Source: an uncultured Victivallales bacterium (lineage in GTDB: Bacteria > Verrucomicrobiota > Lentisphaeria > Victivallales > GWF2-45-14). Taken from it: DNA of 64,000 nt. Location: positions 6,839 through 70,838 of the forward strand of contig CAZYVR010000001.1 in the NCBI GenBank assembly GCA_964651145.1, written 5' to 3'. Made by a program: the position numbers and the translations under genes. This document shows, in pieces, positions 63,733-64,000 of this stretch (the first letter of the stretch is position 1; each line of letters begins with the position of its first letter). The notes below the pieces were generated by a model, which ran no database searches, was not told the origin of the DNA, and worked only from the letters and a program-made list of their open reading frames with translations.

Positions 63733-64000
63733 GCCAAGGACGCCAAGTTAGGCTTTCTTGCGGCGGCTGTCTCGTCCAAACGGCCCACAGGGGTCGTTTT
63801 GGGACAGCTTATAATCGCCTCGGGATTTTCATCCGCAATTCTAGCCAGATCAATCATGGCGTCAATAAATGCGTTTATTTCCTCCAATGATTCCGTTTCA
63901 GTCGGCTCAATCATCAGAGCTTCCGGAACTATCAGCGGAAAATACATTGTGGGAGGATGAAATCCCTTGTCAATAAGACCTTTGGCTATGTCGAGCGCAT
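63729..64000 (-). CDS. gcvPB: glycine dehydrogenase (decarboxylating) subunit 2, C-terminal part; the 5' end lies beyond the window
   Basis: ...[60 protein letters not shown]...[16 protein letters not shown] matches the conserved GcvPB C-terminus. The ORF stays open to position 64000. Confidence 0.85.
   Translation of the reverse strand, partial: ALDIAKGLIDKGFHPPTMYFPLIVPEALMIEPTETESLEEINAFIDAMIDLARIADENPEAIISCPKTTPVGRLDETAAARKPNLASLA

Overview
This is a 64-kb chromosomal window with dense coding on both strands and about 55 credible CDS. I saw no rRNA, tRNA or CRISPR array. Three prepilin-type 'H-X9-DG' pseudopilin-like genes, two of them beside giant secreted glycoside hydrolases, point to a PVC-superphylum bacterium (Lentisphaerota, Verrucomicrobiota or Planctomycetota-like). 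That assignment is an inference, not a database result.

Core genes recognised from motifs: uvrC, nth, purM, frr, pcm, pdxB, hom plus aspartate kinase, a gmhB-like HAD phosphatase, an exbB-exbD-tonB operon, a DEAD-box helicase, a Dus-family enzyme, a ROK kinase and a partial gcvPB. Regulators: two sigma54 enhancer-binding proteins (one paired with a PAS histidine kinase), a GntR/PBP hybrid, LacI, XRE-cupin and three AraC-type proteins.

Four things look accessory or unusual:
1. A family of hairpin-rich repeats of about 195-250 bp, bounded by terminal inverted repeats, with at least six full or partial copies (24.7, 26.6, 28.2, 40.4, 53.3 and 56.4 kb). One copy has TSD-like flanks. One appears inserted into the 3' end of pdxB and rewrites its C-terminus. 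Two supply tandem intrinsic terminators to neighbouring operons.
2. An AT-rich island at 22.0-24.7 kb carrying three translationally linked ORFs I cannot assign to any family. One is a 520-aa, very Cys-rich protein with internal repeats.
3. A mosaic patch at 53.2-56.5 kb holding a frameshifted, 3'-truncated IS110-family transposase, a 31-bp direct repeat pair and a gene for a calcium-binding-motif protein.
4. Two pseudopilin-like plus giant glycoside hydrolase operons, each with a regulator gene alongside, and a third pseudopilin-like gene flanked by two zinc-ribbon proteins.

Functional calls rest on motifs read from the supplied translations. No searches were run.
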